64,000 nt of DNA, taken from the sequence record OQ828465.1, one strand, 5' to 3'. Made by a program: the position numbers and the translations under genes. The number at the start of each line of letters is the position of its first letter. Position 1 is the stretch's first letter. Shown here in pieces: positions 46,247 through 54,798 of this stretch. Under the pieces are notes generated by a model. It ran no database searches and was not told the origin of the DNA. It saw only the letters and a list, made by a program, of their open reading frames with translations.

Positions 46247-47079
46247 TGGATCAACGTCATCCAGTTAACGATGAGATGCGGGTAACGATTAATGTAGAAC
46301 TAGACCGTATCGAAAAGAAATATGGTGTAAAGATTATTTATGCTTGTGAGTCCGGTAGTCGTGGATGGGGCTTTGCTTCAACTAATAGTGACTATGACGT
46401 TCGTTTCATTTACGTTAACCATCCGAGTCATTATGTTCGTGTGGATAATGAAGCACGTGATACTATTGAAGAGATGGTGTCTAAAGAACTAGACCTAGCT
46501 GGTTGGAGTATCACTAAGACTCTTCAGCTTGCTTACAAGTCTAACCCCACTCTCTTGGAATGGCTAAACTCCCCAATCGTTTACCGTAAGGTTGATCGGG
46601 ACTACAAGTTAATCCGTGATGCTGCGCTAAAGCACTTCATCCCTGAATCGAGTTACATGCACTATATCTCGATGGCCAAACAAACCAAAATGCGTTGGTT
46701 GTCAGATGAGAAGATCCGGATGAAGAAATACTTCTATTCTCTTCGTCCTCTGTTGGCTGCAATGTGGGTCCGTGAAAGTCTGGAACATCCGCCGATGGTA
46801 TTCCATGACCTACTGCCTCTTCTGTCAGATCCTATCCTTTATAAACGTATCCAAGAACTGGTTAATGATAAGGTTGGGTCTATTGAACAGGATCTGATAG
46901 ATCGTTGCCCTATATTAGATCAGTTCATCGATTTTCAATTGAGTCGTGAGAAACCAGACTTCGGTAAATACGAACGTCCGGACATCTATACACTTACCGA
47001 TCTAGCCTGGCATTTTGTTGACCAATACAAGCTCGACACATTCGCGAAACTACAGGATATCGAACGAAGAAAATATTAG
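46246..47079 (+). CDS. Pol-beta superfamily nucleotidyltransferase (RlaP/YcgL-like, Nuc-transf family; gp237-like)
   Basis: ACESGSRGWGFASTNSDYDVRFIY, DLAGW, SNPTLLEWLNSP and KKYFYSLRPLLA motifs. Confidence 0.88.
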   Translation: MDQRHPVNDEMRVTINVELDRIEKKYGVKIIYACESGSRGWGFASTNSDYDVRFIYVNHPSHYVRVDNEARDTIEEMVSKELDLAGWSITKTLQLAYKSNPTLLEWLNSPIVYRKVDRDYKLIRDAALKHFIPESSYMHYISMAKQTKMRWLSDEKIRMKKYFYSLRPLLAAMWVRESLEHPPMVFHDLLPLLSDPILYKRIQELVNDKVGSIEQDLIDRCPILDQFIDFQLSREKPDFGKYERPDIYTLTDLAWHFVDQYKLDTFAKLQDIERRKY

Positions 47080-47128
47080 TCAATAAAGAAAAAAGTTTAA
47101 TACCATCTTATTAAAAGGAAAATATTTT

Positions 47129-47629
47129 ATGCTATTTAAAGATGAACTATGCATCGAAAATATCTTAGTAAAAGAAAAACTATATCTAGTTAGAAATATT
47201 GGTAGGAATCGTGAGGTATATCCTAATCCAAAAGTAACATATAAATATATTAAGGAATTCACTAAAATGTATGGTGTGATTCCAATGCAATTCTTAGGGC
47301 CGCTACTTCATGAAATCGTTGAACGAGAAGATTTCGCCTTAAAAGGAAAAGAAGCACAGAAATTCATTGATGATAATCCTTATACTTTAATTGAATATGG
47401 TAGCAGTTTTCATATTTACTACATTATTCGTAATTATATTATCCCAACTACTACTGATCCAGATTGTAATAAATTCACTATTAATCTTTATAAGTATAAA
47501 GAATTTCTAGAAGAGGTTACTAATAGGTTAAACATGCCACCTTTTTTGGACACCAGTGAACCTTATCGTAATTTCTTACTGACAATGCAAGAAAGTCTAC
47601 GTACCATCCAGGATATTGTGGAAAATTAA
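47129..47629 (+). CDS. Hypothetical protein
   Basis: 166-aa ORF with AAGGA SD. Confidence 0.75.
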   Translation: MLFKDELCIENILVKEKLYLVRNIGRNREVYPNPKVTYKYIKEFTKMYGVIPMQFLGPLLHEIVEREDFALKGKEAQKFIDDNPYTLIEYGSSFHIYYIIRNYIIPTTTDPDCNKFTINLYKYKEFLEEVTNRLNMPPFLDTSEPYRNFLLTMQESLRTIQDIVEN

Positions 47630-47728
47630 TGAAGTTTAGAATGTTAAAAGTTAATGTATTAAATTTACTCTACTACATACTTTACCCTACTCCATATTGG
47701 GGTAGGGGTATTAAGGTGGAGTATAAAT

Positions 47729-48022
47729 ATGTCAAGCAACAAACTATCTGCACAACTTAATCGTCATCACAATACTCGTATAGTTAATTATTATGTTTCA
47801 CTAGCCGAGAGTCGTTATAATGACACTAATCCTTCAGCAAAGGCTAAAGGTAAATGGCGTAAACATAATCCGTTTAACTGCGGTAGGTCTCGTTGTATGC
47901 TATGTGGTAATCCGCGTAAACATTGGAATAGGATTACTCTTAATGAATTAAAAATAAATATTTCATTAAAAGAGCAACTCAATGATCTTTATGTAGATTA
48001 TACTACGCTGACTGAGGATTAA
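47729..48022 (+). CDS. Small basic putative Zn-binding protein
   Basis: KGKWRKHNPFNCGRSRCMLCGNPR motif; GGAG SD. Confidence 0.75.
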   Translation: MSSNKLSAQLNRHHNTRIVNYYVSLAESRYNDTNPSAKAKGKWRKHNPFNCGRSRCMLCGNPRKHWNRITLNELKINISLKEQLNDLYVDYTTLTED

Positions 48023-48093
48023 ATTATGCATGAAGAATATGAAGCAATTTAATAGTTTAGATTAACCATTTGAAATAAATTTGGAATTAGCAA

Positions 48094-48216
48094 ATGAAAG
48101 TTAAAAATAAGCAACAGCCTAAGTTTGTCAATCTAGCTACTATGCAAGCTGCTTGGCGGCTTAATAATGCAGAACTCAAAGCTAAACGTGAAGCTAAAGA
48201 AAAGCAAAAAGAATAA
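48094..48216 (+). CDS. Small basic protein, 40 aa (MKVKNKQQPKFVNLATMQAAWRL...), absent from the ORF track
   Basis: Translated by hand; GGA upstream; followed by a terminator. Confidence 0.55.
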   Translation: MKVKNKQQPKFVNLATMQAAWRLNNAELKAKREAKEKQKE

Positions 48217-48232
48217 AACTATTTAGTTGCAT

Positions 48233-48264
48233 AAAGAGAGAGGAATTTATCCTCTCTCTTTTTA
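48233..48264 (+). terminator. Intrinsic terminator
   Basis: AAAGAGAGAGGA-ATTTA-TCCTCTCTCTTT-TT. Confidence 0.85.
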
Positions 48265-48402
48265 TGTTGTTTTATAATTTGTATACTACAGGTATATTTC
48301 AATATGGAATCTTACTTACACGTACCATTCTAGATAGAAATATCCTAACTGATATGTTTGTTCTTTATTCTCGGATCACTGAACCTAAAGAGGATTTTTA
48401 AG

Positions 48403-48885
48403 ATGGTTGAGCATTTAAATAAAGATAACTTCTTTTCATGGGGTGCTGTAGTAGGTGGTGCGCTATTACAGTATTTTGAAAATGGTAAACTTGAAGGTGG
48501 GTATGATATATTTAAATTCAGTGATGATGTCAACGGCCTAGTTATTACAGGTGGTATAACGCATCGAAAAAATATCGGGATCCTGAATGGTCAAGGTGAT
48601 GATGAAGATCTGTTTTTAGTATTTGTCATAAGTAATACCAATAATCCATATGTCGTATGGTATTATGATATTTATAAAGATAATGAAGGTATTTGTTTTA
48701 CGAATGCTTCACCTACCAGTGGTCGTATTTTTAAATCAGATACTGATGAAAATAATGACCTGTCGATAAGTCAATTACTTAAAGTAGTTAAATACCTAGT
48801 AGATGAACGAGTTCGTTTAAATAAAAATATAGTTAATTTACCAGGTTATGAAATCATTGAAGAAGATAAAGACTTTCAACTATAA
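48403..48885 (+). CDS. Hypothetical protein (ATG 48403 preferred over 48358)
   Basis: GAGGA SD before 48403. Confidence 0.75.
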   Translation: MVEHLNKDNFFSWGAVVGGALLQYFENGKLEGGYDIFKFSDDVNGLVITGGITHRKNIGILNGQGDDEDLFLVFVISNTNNPYVVWYYDIYKDNEGICFTNASPTSGRIFKSDTDENNDLSISQLLKVVKYLVDERVRLNKNIVNLPGYEIIEEDKDFQL

Positions 48886-48911
48886 TAAGTCTTTTACAAA
48901 GTCACCATAAA

Positions 48912-48933
48912 GTCCTCCCTTCGGGGAGGCTTT
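48912..48933 (+). terminator. Intrinsic terminator (UUCG loop)
   Basis: CCTCCC-TTCG-GGGAGG-CTTT. Confidence 0.85.
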
Positions 48934-48969
48934 ATATTTTATTTTTTGTATTCAAACATATTTTAACAG

Positions 48970-48977
48970 TATATTAC
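48970..48977 (+). promoter_or_regulatory. phiKZ-type early promoter
   Basis: TATATTAC with downstream AATGTGA. Confidence 0.85.
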
Positions 48978-49013
48978 TAATGTGAATTCAATCTTGAAAA
49001 AAGGAGATATGTC

Positions 49014-49343
49014 ATGAATATGTCAACTATTTCCACTGGTGTTCTGGTGCTTGGTGGTATTGCATTTGGTTACCATCTCTTTGATGGGGCACGTTCCATT
49101 TATAAAGAATGGTCGATGGAATACATTTACAAAAAGCAAATGGCTAAGGTAAAGGAGCAGCTTACCGAATATGAAAACAAGTATGTTGAGATTCCATCAA
49201 TAGCTGAAATAAATATCTATATCGAACCAGTTCTAACTGAAGCTTTAAATAAACTTGATCGGTATAGTTACAACTGCTTCTTACATGATGTCGAACAGTA
49301 CATCGAGTTTATTATTGATAATTATCGTGTAGTTAATCGATAA
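49014..49343 (+). CDS. Early membrane-anchored protein, monocistronic (gp241-like by gene count)
   Basis: AGGAG SD; N-terminal hydrophobic GVLVLGGIAFGYHLF; own promoter and terminator. Confidence 0.7.
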   Translation: MNMSTISTGVLVLGGIAFGYHLFDGARSIYKEWSMEYIYKKQMAKVKEQLTEYENKYVEIPSIAEINIYIEPVLTEALNKLDRYSYNCFLHDVEQYIEFIIDNYRVVNR

Positions 49344-49355
49344 TAAGAGCATATG

Positions 49356-49400
49356 GCCCTCCCTTCGGGGAGGGCTATTGCACTAAATTTTATTTGAGAT
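49356..49400 (+). repeat. 45-bp terminator-promoter cassette, copy 2
   Basis: Identical to 34235..34279. Confidence 0.9.
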
Positions 49401-49401
49401 A

Positions 49402-49409
49402 TATATTAC
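49402..49409 (+). promoter_or_regulatory. phiKZ-type early promoter
   Basis: TATATTAC. Confidence 0.85.
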
Positions 49410-49454
49410 ATGTGTGTATTACAAAATCAAATTAATGTGTCGAGGTTTTAATAG

Positions 49455-49892
49455 ATGGACGTAGTTACTAACATTTGGGAGGACGTTCTTACGAACGTGC
49501 ATCACAAACTAAAGGTAATGGCCACTACTGCTGGCGATGTCATTCATATAGTGGAACCCAAATTAAATGAAATGATTAAATCGAATATTAATCAACTACA
49601 GACAGAAAGGTATAGTCTTAGTTTAAACAAAACTAAAGACAATAAATACTACGCAAAATACCATGATAATCATCATGGCTGGGATGTTTATTTATTTGTT
49701 GAACAAACTAGGTATGGGGCTATTGTTGGTAGTGGATTACGCCATCGTGCTAAAGAAGCTTGGGGTCTTAATAAATTCAGAGAATATAATCTTATCAAAG
49801 TAAGGTGTACTCGACAAAATAGTGTTGTTGATAGTATTGTCTTCTTCGACGATCCATCTGAATATTTTCTTAGAACTGTAAATAAATTTTAA
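49455..49892 (+). CDS. Hypothetical early protein
   Basis: 145-aa ORF with GAGGT SD. Confidence 0.8.
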   Translation: MDVVTNIWEDVLTNVHHKLKVMATTAGDVIHIVEPKLNEMIKSNINQLQTERYSLSLNKTKDNKYYAKYHDNHHGWDVYLFVEQTRYGAIVGSGLRHRAKEAWGLNKFREYNLIKVRCTRQNSVVDSIVFFDDPSEYFLRTVNKF

Positions 49893-49912
49893 ATTAACTA
49901 AAAGGTAAAAAA

Positions 49913-50812
49913 ATGAATAATCTACAAGTTAATACCACTATTAAAGAATTACATAAACTTCTAATCTGTAATATTATTGATGGTAAACTAATTGAATATA
50001 ATGACATTGTGAAAGAACTGAAAATTACTAATGATGAATTAGATAATCTACTAATAGCTATTTCAAAGCTATCTGATACACCAATTAATAATATCTTTAA
50101 ATCACTTTCACTAGCAATTGATCTACGTACAATTACATCCGTCATTGAAAAACTTAGTAATTCTACGAAACTATCTAAAAAAGAAATCCAGCTAGATCTG
50201 TTAACTAGGTTAGGAATAAAAGATAATTATTTTTCGAATAGTTTTACTAATGTGTATCATGAACTAAGTGATATTATCAAAAAGCTTGAATATAGTGATA
50301 AACTATATCAATCAGATTATCAAAACTTTATTATTGATAAAGTAACTAGTCATTTTAAAGATGTATTATATTCAGCTGGTTATGCAATCAATGATATTTA
50401 TAAGTACACTGATTCTAAAGTAGTTAATGTAGATAAAAATGGACTATTGGTAGGTATGAGTATTACCAATTATAGCTTCCATAATAAGGATGAACCAATT
50501 AGGACTATTGGTTTTTCATTAATTGATAAAACCGAGCGTTGTGTTGGAAAATCTGAAACTATTAAAAAGTTTGATGTTGAAGATTTTCTTAATACAATGG
50601 ATACTATCAATATTAATCATAATGATATTATGTTTTTCTCAAAGCAGTATCGAGAAAAAGACTTAGCCATTCATAATGCGATCATGAATGAATTTAAGGT
50701 GAACAAGATTTCAAATGATACACGTGATAATATAATATCTTATCATATTGCCATGATGGGACATAACTGTATTATCTCATTTAATCACAGTGGGCTCCTA
50801 TTAAAAATTTAA
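49913..50812 (+). CDS. Hypothetical protein
   Basis: 299-aa ORF with AAGGT SD. Confidence 0.8.
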
Positions 50813-50869
50813 TAGAATATCAATTAAAAATTATCTTATGTAGTTTATCTAATTAAGGAAACAAAAAGA

Positions 50870-51226
50870 ATGCCAACTTATATTGAATTAATCAATATTG
50901 TCAATGATGATACTCCTGTAGATGATGCAGTTATTAGTGATCTGATGAGTCAAATGAATGATAAACAAACTGTTCTTGACAGTTGTCGTATCAATCATAA
51001 AGGCTATGCTTATTTTAAGTTCCATGTTAAGGGATCAATTAGTAAGGATAAACTTAAGGCTCTAAATGAAACTTTAAAAGATTCTAATCTTGTTGTGACT
51101 GATGCTAGTACACAACGTGGTTTCATGCCACCTAATAAGTTTGATGATATCACTTATACTGAAGAGAGTGTTGGTTATAGGGCAATGGTCTGGACAAGCT
51201 TCACTATTGAAAAGCTACTTGTATAA
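50870..51226 (+). CDS. Probable capsid decoration/vertex protein (gp244-like by gene count)
   Basis: 118-aa ORF with AAGGA SD; upstream TATG late-type motif near 50837; own terminator. Confidence 0.55.
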   Translation: MPTYIELINIVNDDTPVDDAVISDLMSQMNDKQTVLDSCRINHKGYAYFKFHVKGSISKDKLKALNETLKDSNLVVTDASTQRGFMPPNKFDDITYTEESVGYRAMVWTSFTIEKLLV

Positions 51227-51227
51227 T

Positions 51228-51250
51228 AAGAGCCCTTCGGGGCTCTTTCT
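51228..51250 (+). terminator. Intrinsic terminator (UUCG loop)
   Basis: AAGAGCCC-TTCG-GGGCTCTT-T. Confidence 0.85.
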
Positions 51251-51276
51251 ATTTCGCAATTAGGTATCTGTATTAA

Positions 51277-51711
51277 ATGGATAAGTATCCTATTCTACAA
51301 GCTATGTCTAAAGAAGAGGCATTTAGACTTTTAGACATACAAGGTGAGTTTAGAAAAACTCAAATGAAAGAAAGGTATTGGAATGAGGAAACTGGTCTAT
51401 GGTGGTGGGAACAACATCCCGATGTGAAATTAAGGATAGTTGCCGCCTGCAATAGATGGAAGGATGTTTATTTCATTGCAGCGAGGCATTCATCAATCAT
51501 AATGACTCAACAACAGCTAATGTATGGTGGTCTTAAGGTATTGCATGAATATGCAGGAGATGATCATGAACAAGGTTTTATTGATCAGTATGAAAACTTC
51601 CACTCTAGGGAAGAAGCAGTAATTATCGCTAAGAATAATAATCAGTTATATCGAGCTGAATTAGAAAATAGATTAGTAACTAAATATTTATTTAGTGAAG
51701 ACCTATATTAG
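51277..51711 (+). CDS. Conserved phage hypothetical protein (QGF-DQ...REEA...LFSEDLY type)
   Basis: 144-aa ORF with a recurrent phage motif set. Confidence 0.75.
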   Translation: MDKYPILQAMSKEEAFRLLDIQGEFRKTQMKERYWNEETGLWWWEQHPDVKLRIVAACNRWKDVYFIAARHSSIIMTQQQLMYGGLKVLHEYAGDDHEQGFIDQYENFHSREEAVIIAKNNNQLYRAELENRLVTKYLFSEDLY

Positions 51712-51741
51712 GTTTCCAATAATTTAAATAGGAATATAGCT

Positions 51742-52398
51742 ATGCTAATGAATGAAATTATCGATATTCTAGAAGGAGGGAAAGAGAATATTCTCTTAAC
51801 TAACCATCTAGGTAATGGCAAATATTCCAATGCGGGTAATGCAATGGCTGCATCATATGCCATTGCGGCACATACTGCTGTTGGTCAATTGCGAGATGGT
51901 TCAGGAAAACCTTACTGGCATCATTTATTACAAGTAGCTGAGATGGCGCAATTATTCGACCTATCTCACGCTGCTTATAAAGCAGCATGGTTACATGATG
52001 TAATTGAGGATACTGCTGTAACTGCTTCTGATCTAACTAAACTATTCTCAATCCCTGTTGTTAATTTAGTAACTGAACTAACAAATGTAACTTACGAAGG
52101 TAATCGTAAAACTAGGATTAGTTTACAACATGAAAGACTTTCTCGCATTTCATGGAGTGGTCAATCTCTTAAGTTACTAGATTCCATTTCAAACATGTGG
52201 TCGATTGTTAATGATAAGCCTGATTTTGCTGAACTGTATCTGACTGAGAAAGCTCAACTAATCAGTAAGTTAAATAATTGTCACCCCGCTATTAAAGATC
52301 TGGCTATATCTGTTCTCTATGGCAGGTGTACTATGGTTGGTGGGGATGCACTAAAAGAATATAATAAACTATTTTCTGATAATGAAATTGTATGTTAA
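51742..52398 (+). CDS. HD-domain hydrolase, RelA/SpoT hydrolase (Mesh1/SAH)-like
   Basis: AHTAVGQLRDGSGKPYWHHLLQVA, AAWLHDVIEDT and LKLLDSISN motifs. Confidence 0.85.
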   Translation: MLMNEIIDILEGGKENILLTNHLGNGKYSNAGNAMAASYAIAAHTAVGQLRDGSGKPYWHHLLQVAEMAQLFDLSHAAYKAAWLHDVIEDTAVTASDLTKLFSIPVVNLVTELTNVTYEGNRKTRISLQHERLSRISWSGQSLKLLDSISNMWSIVNDKPDFAELYLTEKAQLISKLNNCHPAIKDLAISVLYGRCTMVGGDALKEYNKLFSDNEIVC

Positions 52399-52416
52399 AA
52401 TAATTACTTAATATAC

Positions 52417-52439
52417 ACCCTCCCTTCGGGGAGGGTTTT
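52417..52439 (+). terminator. Intrinsic terminator (UUCG loop)
   Basis: ACCCTCCC-TTCG-GGGAGGGT-TTT. Confidence 0.9.
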
Positions 52440-52475
52440 ATTTATCTTTTTTTGTATTTAAACTATTTAAAAAGC

Positions 52476-52483
52476 TATATTAC
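52476..52483 (+). promoter_or_regulatory. phiKZ-type early promoter driving the exported-protein array
   Basis: TATATTAC after a terminator. Confidence 0.85.
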
Positions 52484-52516
52484 AAATATGAATTTAATAA
52501 CCAAGAGGGCAATACA

Positions 52517-52780
52517 ATGACTGAACGTTTGAAATCCGTATGGTGCGCTTGCAGCTTACTGCGTGAACGCTGGAGACACATCCAAGACATTGCTGTCGGG
52601 GATGAACATCATGTCATAGTAAAAAACGATATGCTGATGGTGTTTCGTGGTCAAGTACCGGTAGGTAGCATGTACCGGGGTGACAGTGACCCACTCATCT
52701 ACGAGGGTGGTGCACTGGAAGAATTTACTAAAGTTGTATTGGATTTAGAATTCAATACTCGTGGTGAAACCAATAGTTAA
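52517..52780 (+). CDS. Hypothetical early protein
   Basis: 87-aa ORF with GAGGG SD. Confidence 0.75.
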   Translation: MTERLKSVWCACSLLRERWRHIQDIAVGDEHHVIVKNDMLMVFRGQVPVGSMYRGDSDPLIYEGGALEEFTKVVLDLEFNTRGETNS

Positions 52781-52806
52781 TAAAATTAATTTTGAGGTAA
52801 TTCATT

Positions 52807-53214
52807 ATGAAATATGTAATTGTATTTATGTTGTCTATTGTAACTATCACTGCTAACTCGGCTGTCATGTACACTAATCGTGATTCATGCATCGAGTTTG
52901 TAAAACAGGCAGATGAATTGTTTGTAAAAGGTGCATCTGTAACTGAAGTGCAAATGAAGACTTATGAAAGGATTCATTATATCCTTAATAACACTAAAGA
53001 TCTAAAGACCAACCAGTCTAAAGTTGAAGAACTCACTGGTCTATTTTACCTATGGTCTAAGGTAGATAAAATGGCAATTGAGGCAAGTTTGCCACGTGCA
53101 ACAAATGCTGCTAAAGTCTATAAGACCACTCCTGAGAAATTCATCATTGATGGTTATTTCCAGCGTTGTGTAGCGGCAGGTGCGTTTGAAGCAAAACCAC
53201 TTACTCTAAAATAA
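52807..53214 (+). CDS. Exported two-cysteine helical protein (family member)
   Basis: Signal peptide MKYVIVFMLSIVTITANS-A; Cys28 and Cys121. Confidence 0.8.
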   Translation: MKYVIVFMLSIVTITANSAVMYTNRDSCIEFVKQADELFVKGASVTEVQMKTYERIHYILNNTKDLKTNQSKVEELTGLFYLWSKVDKMAIEASLPRATNAAKVYKTTPEKFIIDGYFQRCVAAGAFEAKPLTLK

Positions 53215-53226
53215 TGGAGGTACAAC

Positions 53227-53586
53227 ATGCTTAAGAATTGGCTATTATTCCTTTTCCTGCCAATCCTGTCCATTGCATGTCAGCCTGCCCACGCTGTAGA
53301 AGTGGGTATTACTAAGAAATCATGTAATGTGGCAGTAAATCTTTCACAAAAAGCAACTGAGCTTTATGATAAGAACCTATCCCAATTTGAGATAATGATG
53401 CAGTTAGATATGATCTCTCGTAAGGATATGGATGACTTAGAGTTCTATGCAGGTACCGTATATGCTAAATTAAACTTAGTTGATATTCGCGTAAATAAAC
53501 GAAAAGGATTTACCAATGGAGCTATTCTAGATAGGCTAGCTGAAAACTGTGTTGAAGCAATTGGTACTAAATTTAACTTGGAGTAG
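53227..53586 (+). CDS. Exported two-cysteine helical protein (family member)
   Basis: Signal peptide ending AHA; Cys33 and Cys108. Confidence 0.8.
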   Translation: MLKNWLLFLFLPILSIACQPAHAVEVGITKKSCNVAVNLSQKATELYDKNLSQFEIMMQLDMISRKDMDDLEFYAGTVYAKLNLVDIRVNKRKGFTNGAILDRLAENCVEAIGTKFNLE

Positions 53587-53589
53587 AAT

Positions 53590-54384
53590 ATGGTTAGTAT
53601 TTATATTGTCATTATACTCATGGCTATGCTAGCTGCATTGACATGTGGTAATTTGGTAGATAGCTGGGTAAGGCCAGCTATTCTAAAGTGGTTAAATGAT
53701 GATGTCGCTATTCATTTCACCAATGCTACCTGGATGGTTGGGGGGATCCCTAATAGTGTTCCAATGCAACTAGGTAAAGCTGTTTGGTTACCCAAATACG
53801 TGGGTGACGGAATACGTCTTTATATCACGGCTGATGAAATAAAATTTGGATGGAATGGTAAAGAAAAAGATGCTTTAGCACGAGCCATTGTTGAAGTTAT
53901 CTTTATTGGTAAAAATCCAAATAGTAAACTTCTTGAAGTAAGTATTAAACCTATTTGGTTACACCCTTCTATCCAAAAAGAAAGTTTCTATTTAATGTTT
54001 GATTGGGAAAAGCTTTATACAAAAAATGAAGAGATGCGTATTTGTTGGAAGACAATACGTCACACTTTTTTCTATGGATTCCTAGGTTTGCTATTTGGCG
54101 GTAGTGCCAATGCAGATAACCTTGTATTAACTGAACGTGGATGTGACCAATATGAAGCAATGGTGAGAACTATTGCATCTAAAGCTTATATTGGATTAGA
54201 TCCAGTTATGGGTAGGGAATTCATTATTAATGATCCTGATATGTTAAATGCCCGTGAGAAAGCACAACGTAATACCCGTATCATTATCGATATGGTGGAA
54301 ACTGGACAAGAACCCAAAGACATTGCATTATGGATGAATACTCAATGTAAACAAGAAGCAGTGTCAAATTTAATCAAACAGTGA
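53590..54384 (+). CDS. Membrane-anchored protein fused to a C-terminal copy of the two-cysteine domain
   Basis: N-terminal TM; internal signal-like segment FFYGFLGLLFGGSANA; Cys185 and Cys253. Confidence 0.7.
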   Translation: MVSIYIVIILMAMLAALTCGNLVDSWVRPAILKWLNDDVAIHFTNATWMVGGIPNSVPMQLGKAVWLPKYVGDGIRLYITADEIKFGWNGKEKDALARAIVEVIFIGKNPNSKLLEVSIKPIWLHPSIQKESFYLMFDWEKLYTKNEEMRICWKTIRHTFFYGFLGLLFGGSANADNLVLTERGCDQYEAMVRTIASKAYIGLDPVMGREFIINDPDMLNAREKAQRNTRIIIDMVETGQEPKDIALWMNTQCKQEAVSNLIKQ

Positions 54385-54397
54385 AAAAGGCATAGAT

Positions 54398-54781
54398 ATG
54401 AAAAGAAATTTTGAAGATGATCACGTGGTAATGGCAGTGGAAGTATATGAGAAACTGAAAGAAGCTGCTGCTTATTCATTACACTCTTCTGAAATTAGTA
54501 AGATCGAACGACATATGCGTAAGTTTAATCGTGTTCAACGCGATAAACATATTGAAAATATGCGTATGGAAATGCTTGAGAAACGCGAGGCTATTAGAAA
54601 AGCAAAATCTTTCTTTTCTCAAAATGCCGGTAAAATTGGTTGCGTAGTAGATAGGCTTGTCAAAGTATGTGAAGTGTATAAAATGGATAAGTCTATGGTG
54701 GTTGTTGAGTTTCTCCAACATAAATCTAAAATTAAAGTTCCAGTAAATCCTGAAAAAATTACTATTCTTACCATTAAATAA
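54398..54781 (+). CDS. Hypothetical basic protein (paralog of 29431..30033)
   Basis: 127-aa ORF; alignable N-terminal 80 aa. Confidence 0.8.
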   Translation: MKRNFEDDHVVMAVEVYEKLKEAAAYSLHSSEISKIERHMRKFNRVQRDKHIENMRMEMLEKREAIRKAKSFFSQNAGKIGCVVDRLVKVCEVYKMDKSMVVVEFLQHKSKIKVPVNPEKITILTIK

Positions 54782-54798
54782 ATGAAGAAGGATTTAAA

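Noticed and set aside
53227-53295. Lipoprotein lipobox at LSIAC18
   Set aside because: Non-canonical -3 residue, and a clear AHA signal peptidase I site follows; treated as an ordinary signal peptide
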